A stretch of 64,000 bases of DNA from an uncultured bacterium. GTDB lineage: Bacteria; Patescibacteriota; Minisyncoccia; Moranbacterales; UBA2206. The notes under the pieces were generated by a model that worked only from the letters and a program-made list of their open reading frames with translations, was not told the DNA's origin and did no database searches. The stretch is taken from the NCBI GenBank assembly GCA_903841185.1, contig CAIMIV010000012.1, positions 86-64,085 of the forward strand, given 5' to 3'. The translations under genes were made by a program, and so were the position numbers. Within the stretch, counting starts at the first letter, position 1. Each line of letters begins with the position of its first letter. Below, piece by piece: positions 61,190-64,000 of the stretch.

Positions 61190-62248
61190 TTATTCTTTTT
61201 TCTTCTTCACTTCTAAAATATTCTTCACCTCCCGATCAAAATCGGAAACATAGTTCCTATCCTGTTCTTTCCTAAACTTTTCATATTCTTCCAACGCCAA
61301 CGCTTCAGCCACTTCATGACTGATTTTCCCGGCATTACCCAATATTTGTCGCTCATTGAATTTTAGGAATGCATCCAGCTTTCCTACCCAATCTTTCATC
61401 CGCATTAGAACGCCACGAGTTGCTTGTATTTCTGCATAATCAAGATACATTGTTACGATCCTATTTAGATGATCAAGTTCTTTTTCGTTCAGATAATTTT
61501 TTGCAATCATTACATCAGTTTCCCGAATGGCACCTTTTGGAGAATTTTTCCAAACCGTCAATCCCATATTAGCCTTAGTACTATCAACTCTTCCGTGGAC
61601 TATCTCTGCGGCAGTTTTGCCAGTAATCGCAAAATGAAGCTTGTTCTGGACTGTTGCAAAAAATTTCTTAGTAATTTCTTCATTTGGATCATAGTCAGCG
61701 CTGCATTGGGCATAAATATCGGTGACTTTCTGATACATCCGTCTTTCGCTGGAACGGATATTTCTGATTCTTGCCAATTGCTCTTCAAAATAATCCTTAC
61801 CAGGAAAACTATTCGGGTCTCTAAGCCGCTCGTCATCCATTGTGAAACCTTTAATGATATATTCTCTCAATCTTTCAGTTGCCCAAATGCGAAATTGTGT
61901 CGCCTGCACTGAATTCACCCTATATCCGACAGAAATAATAGCGTCAAGGTTATAAAATTTTACCGACTGAGTTTGTGTTTTCCCCTCCAGGGCACCATGT
62001 TCTGTGGTATGTTCCAAAATGGAACTAACCACTTCTTCATCTAATTCTCCACTTTCAAAGATATTTTTCAAATGCTTGGTAATCGCTGGCCTCTGCACGC
62101 CAAACAAGAGGGCGATTTTATCTTGAGTCAACCAGATATTCTCATCACGCAAAAATATCTCTACTTTCACCTTGCCGTTTGGTGTGGTGTAGAGTAAAAA
62201 TTTCGTAAAACTGTTATTAGAAACTGCTTTTTGACTATTTTTTTTCAT
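61190..62248 (-). CDS. RhuM-family protein (paralog)
   Basis: 'FLLYTTPNGKVKVEIFLRDENIWLTQDKIALLF…YNLDAIISVGYRVNSVQATQFRIWATE'. Confidence 0.75.
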   Translation of the reverse strand: MKKNSQKAVSNNSFTKFLLYTTPNGKVKVEIFLRDENIWLTQDKIALLFGVQRPAITKHLKNIFESGELDEEVVSSILEHTTEHGALEGKTQTQSVKFYNLDAIISVGYRVNSVQATQFRIWATERLREYIIKGFTMDDERLRDPNSFPGKDYFEEQLARIRNIRSSERRMYQKVTDIYAQCSADYDPNEEITKKFFATVQNKLHFAITGKTAAEIVHGRVDSTKANMGLTVWKNSPKGAIRETDVMIAKNYLNEKELDHLNRIVTMYLDYAEIQATRGVLMRMKDWVGKLDAFLKFNERQILGNAGKISHEVAEALALEEYEKFRKEQDRNYVSDFDREVKNILEVKKKKE

Positions 62249-62468
62249 ATTTTTTAGGTAATACTATTATAATGATATTATATCACCACTATCACTATTT
62301 TGGCAAGCAGTGTAAACCATCATCTACAATGTCTTTTTCTGTTGATTTTTTGTCCGGCATATTCCTGATTAAGCCTCAATTACATATTTATTCTACGCCC
62401 AAACCTAACCCTTGGCAAAGCAAATTTAAAAGAGACCCCACAAAGGAATCTCTCTTAATTTGCGAATT

Positions 62469-63581
62469 CTAGATACCCTGATCGCGCATTTTTTCGATGA
62501 TATTTTTCTGCTCCCGACTCAAGCTCTTGGGCACTTTGACGGTGACGGTCACCAAGTGGTTACCCACATTCCTTCCGCCCAATTCCGGCACGCCAGATCC
62601 CTTGATGCGGAAAATTTCTCCGGATTGCGTGCCGGTAGGAATTTTCAAAATCAAACTGCCCCCCAAGGTTTCAATTTCCACTTTTCCGCCGAGAGCCGCC
62701 ACTGAAAAAGGAACTTGCTCCATGCTCAAAATATCCAAACCTTTGCGCTTGAATTTTTTGTGCGGCGCCACATGAATAGTCACCAGCAAATCACCGGCTC
62801 GCGCTCCGCGCTCTCCCGCCTCCCCTTGGCCACCCACGGATATTGTCTGTCCATCGGAAATACCCGCGGGAATTTTGATCTCCAATTTTTGTTCTTCTTT
62901 CACCCGACCATCCCCGCCGCATTTGGAACATTTCTTTTCATAAATCCTTCCCACCCCATGGCAATCATGACATTCACTCACTTGCGAAAAACTGCCAAAA
63001 AAACTGCGCCGCACTGTTTCTATCTTTCCGCTGCCATGACAAGTGGGGCAAGTTTTTTGCCCGGCGCCCGGCTCTCCACCCGAGCCATCACAACGATCGC
63101 AATGCACTCTTTTGTATAAATTCAAGACTTTTTCCACGCCTTTCACCATTTCAAAATAATCAATCTCCATATCCACATGGATATCCGACCCTTGTGCCTG
63201 CCTTCTGCCGCGAGACCCCCCACCACCGCCGAAAATATTAGAAAAAATATCATCATAACCATCACCGCCAAATTCGAAACCACCCTCTTGACCACCGAAG
63301 CCCTGAAAGCCGGAAAAGTCGAAACCGCCAAAACCTTGCGCTCCGCTTTGCTGTCCACTGCCACTACCACCATCAAAAGTCTGACCAAATTGATCATATT
63401 GTTGGCGCTTGGACTTGTCTGAGAGCACTTGATAGGCTTGATTGATTTCTTTGAATTTGGCTTCGTCTCCGCCGGACTTGTCCGGATGATATTTGTGGGC
63501 CATTTTTCGATAAGCCTTCTTAATTTCGTCATCTGTAGCGCCTTTTGAGACCCCTAAAAGATCATAATAATTTGCTGCCAT
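62469..63581 (-). CDS. dnaJ: Chaperone DnaJ
   Basis: J-domain with HPD (YHPDK), G/F-rich linker, and four CxxCxGxG zinc-finger repeats. Confidence 0.9.
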   Translation of the reverse strand: MAANYYDLLGVSKGATDDEIKKAYRKMAHKYHPDKSGGDEAKFKEINQAYQVLSDKSKRQQYDQFGQTFDGGSGSGQQSGAQGFGGFDFSGFQGFGGQEGGFEFGGDGYDDIFSNIFGGGGGSRGRRQAQGSDIHVDMEIDYFEMVKGVEKVLNLYKRVHCDRCDGSGGEPGAGQKTCPTCHGSGKIETVRRSFFGSFSQVSECHDCHGVGRIYEKKCSKCGGDGRVKEEQKLEIKIPAGISDGQTISVGGQGEAGERGARAGDLLVTIHVAPHKKFKRKGLDILSMEQVPFSVAALGGKVEIETLGGSLILKIPTGTQSGEIFRIKGSGVPELGGRNVGNHLVTVTVKVPKSLSREQKNIIEKMRDQGI

Positions 63582-63693
63582 ATATATAAATACGATTTTA
63601 TTTTTACTAATTCAGTTTAGCATAAAAACAAAAAACTAGCAATCCCCATGCCTGAGTGCTAATTTGCTCTTTTAGAGTATGAATAGGTTCTTA

Positions 63694-63978
63694 CTATTCC
63701 AACACTTCCATTTCCACCGGAACATGCCTTATGGAAACTATTCCGACTTTCAGCAAGATCCAGACGAAAAATTCAGCCAGCATTATCCAGAGCGTATTAA
63801 GAATTGAACCCAAAGGAAGAATTGTCAACCATAGCACAATCGCCATGATGTATGGCAAGGTGGAGGTTTTTTTATTTTCACCCGCCCCAGACCCAAGATA
63901 TTGATCAATCTTATTATTGACGACACTGGCCAACACATCAGCCATTTTTTCATCCCCTCGTAATGTCATGCCCGACAT
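63694..63978 (-). CDS. Small membrane protein (hypothetical)
   Basis: 94-aa ORF with two hydrophobic helices. Weak call. Confidence 0.3.
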   Translation of the reverse strand: MSGMTLRGDEKMADVLASVVNNKIDQYLGSGAGENKKTSTLPYIMAIVLWLTILPLGSILNTLWIMLAEFFVWILLKVGIVSIRHVPVEMEVLE

Positions 63979-64000
63979 TTCAGAAAATTGCTTTCTTCCT

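Overview
This window looks like part of a small, AT-rich (about 40% GC), gene-dense bacterial chromosome with a largely reduced-metabolism gene set. The genes are short, the 16S rRNA gene stands alone without a linked 23S, and that 16S carries a roughly 100-nt expansion segment; all of this is consistent with a Patescibacteria/CPR-like organism, but that assignment is inference. Standard genetic code: TAA/TGA/TAG are all used as stops and long ORFs are intact.

Housekeeping genes present: recR (5' partial), a class A penicillin-binding protein, an MltB-like lytic transglycosylase, a leuB-family dehydrogenase, purE, a PAP2 phosphatase, alr, serS, an SPFH/band-7 protein and dnaJ.

Accessory content is heavy. 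(1) A type I restriction-modification operon (hsdR, hsdM, hsdS) carries a Thoeris-like pair between hsdR and hsdM: a TM + Macro-domain ThsA-like gene and a DUF1863 TIR-like ThsB-like gene. RadC and a RhuM-family protein sit just upstream. (2) A roughly 10-kb array of co-oriented genes resembles a cassette array. It includes Fic, an EEP nuclease, HAD and HD hydrolases, TspO, ArsR, a REC-domain protein and a DKNYY-repeat protein. The genes are separated by 10 copies of a conserved PstI-palindrome hairpin repeat and 3 copies of a mini winged-HTH gene unit. (3) A tRNA-Lys(TTT) locus is disrupted and partly duplicated around a free-standing GIY-YIG endonuclease gene, and has an anomalous 140-nt GC-rich segment beside it. 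(4) A nucleotidyltransferase-fold gene plus a 4-TM protein gene are bracketed by 75-bp direct repeats that copy the 16S trailer. (5) Other notable items: paralogous 38-aa tandem-repeat proteins with duplicated terminators, three TPM/YgcG-domain proteins with LemA, and two RhuM paralogs flanked by repeated intergenic elements.

No CRISPR array, integrase or transposase was recognised.
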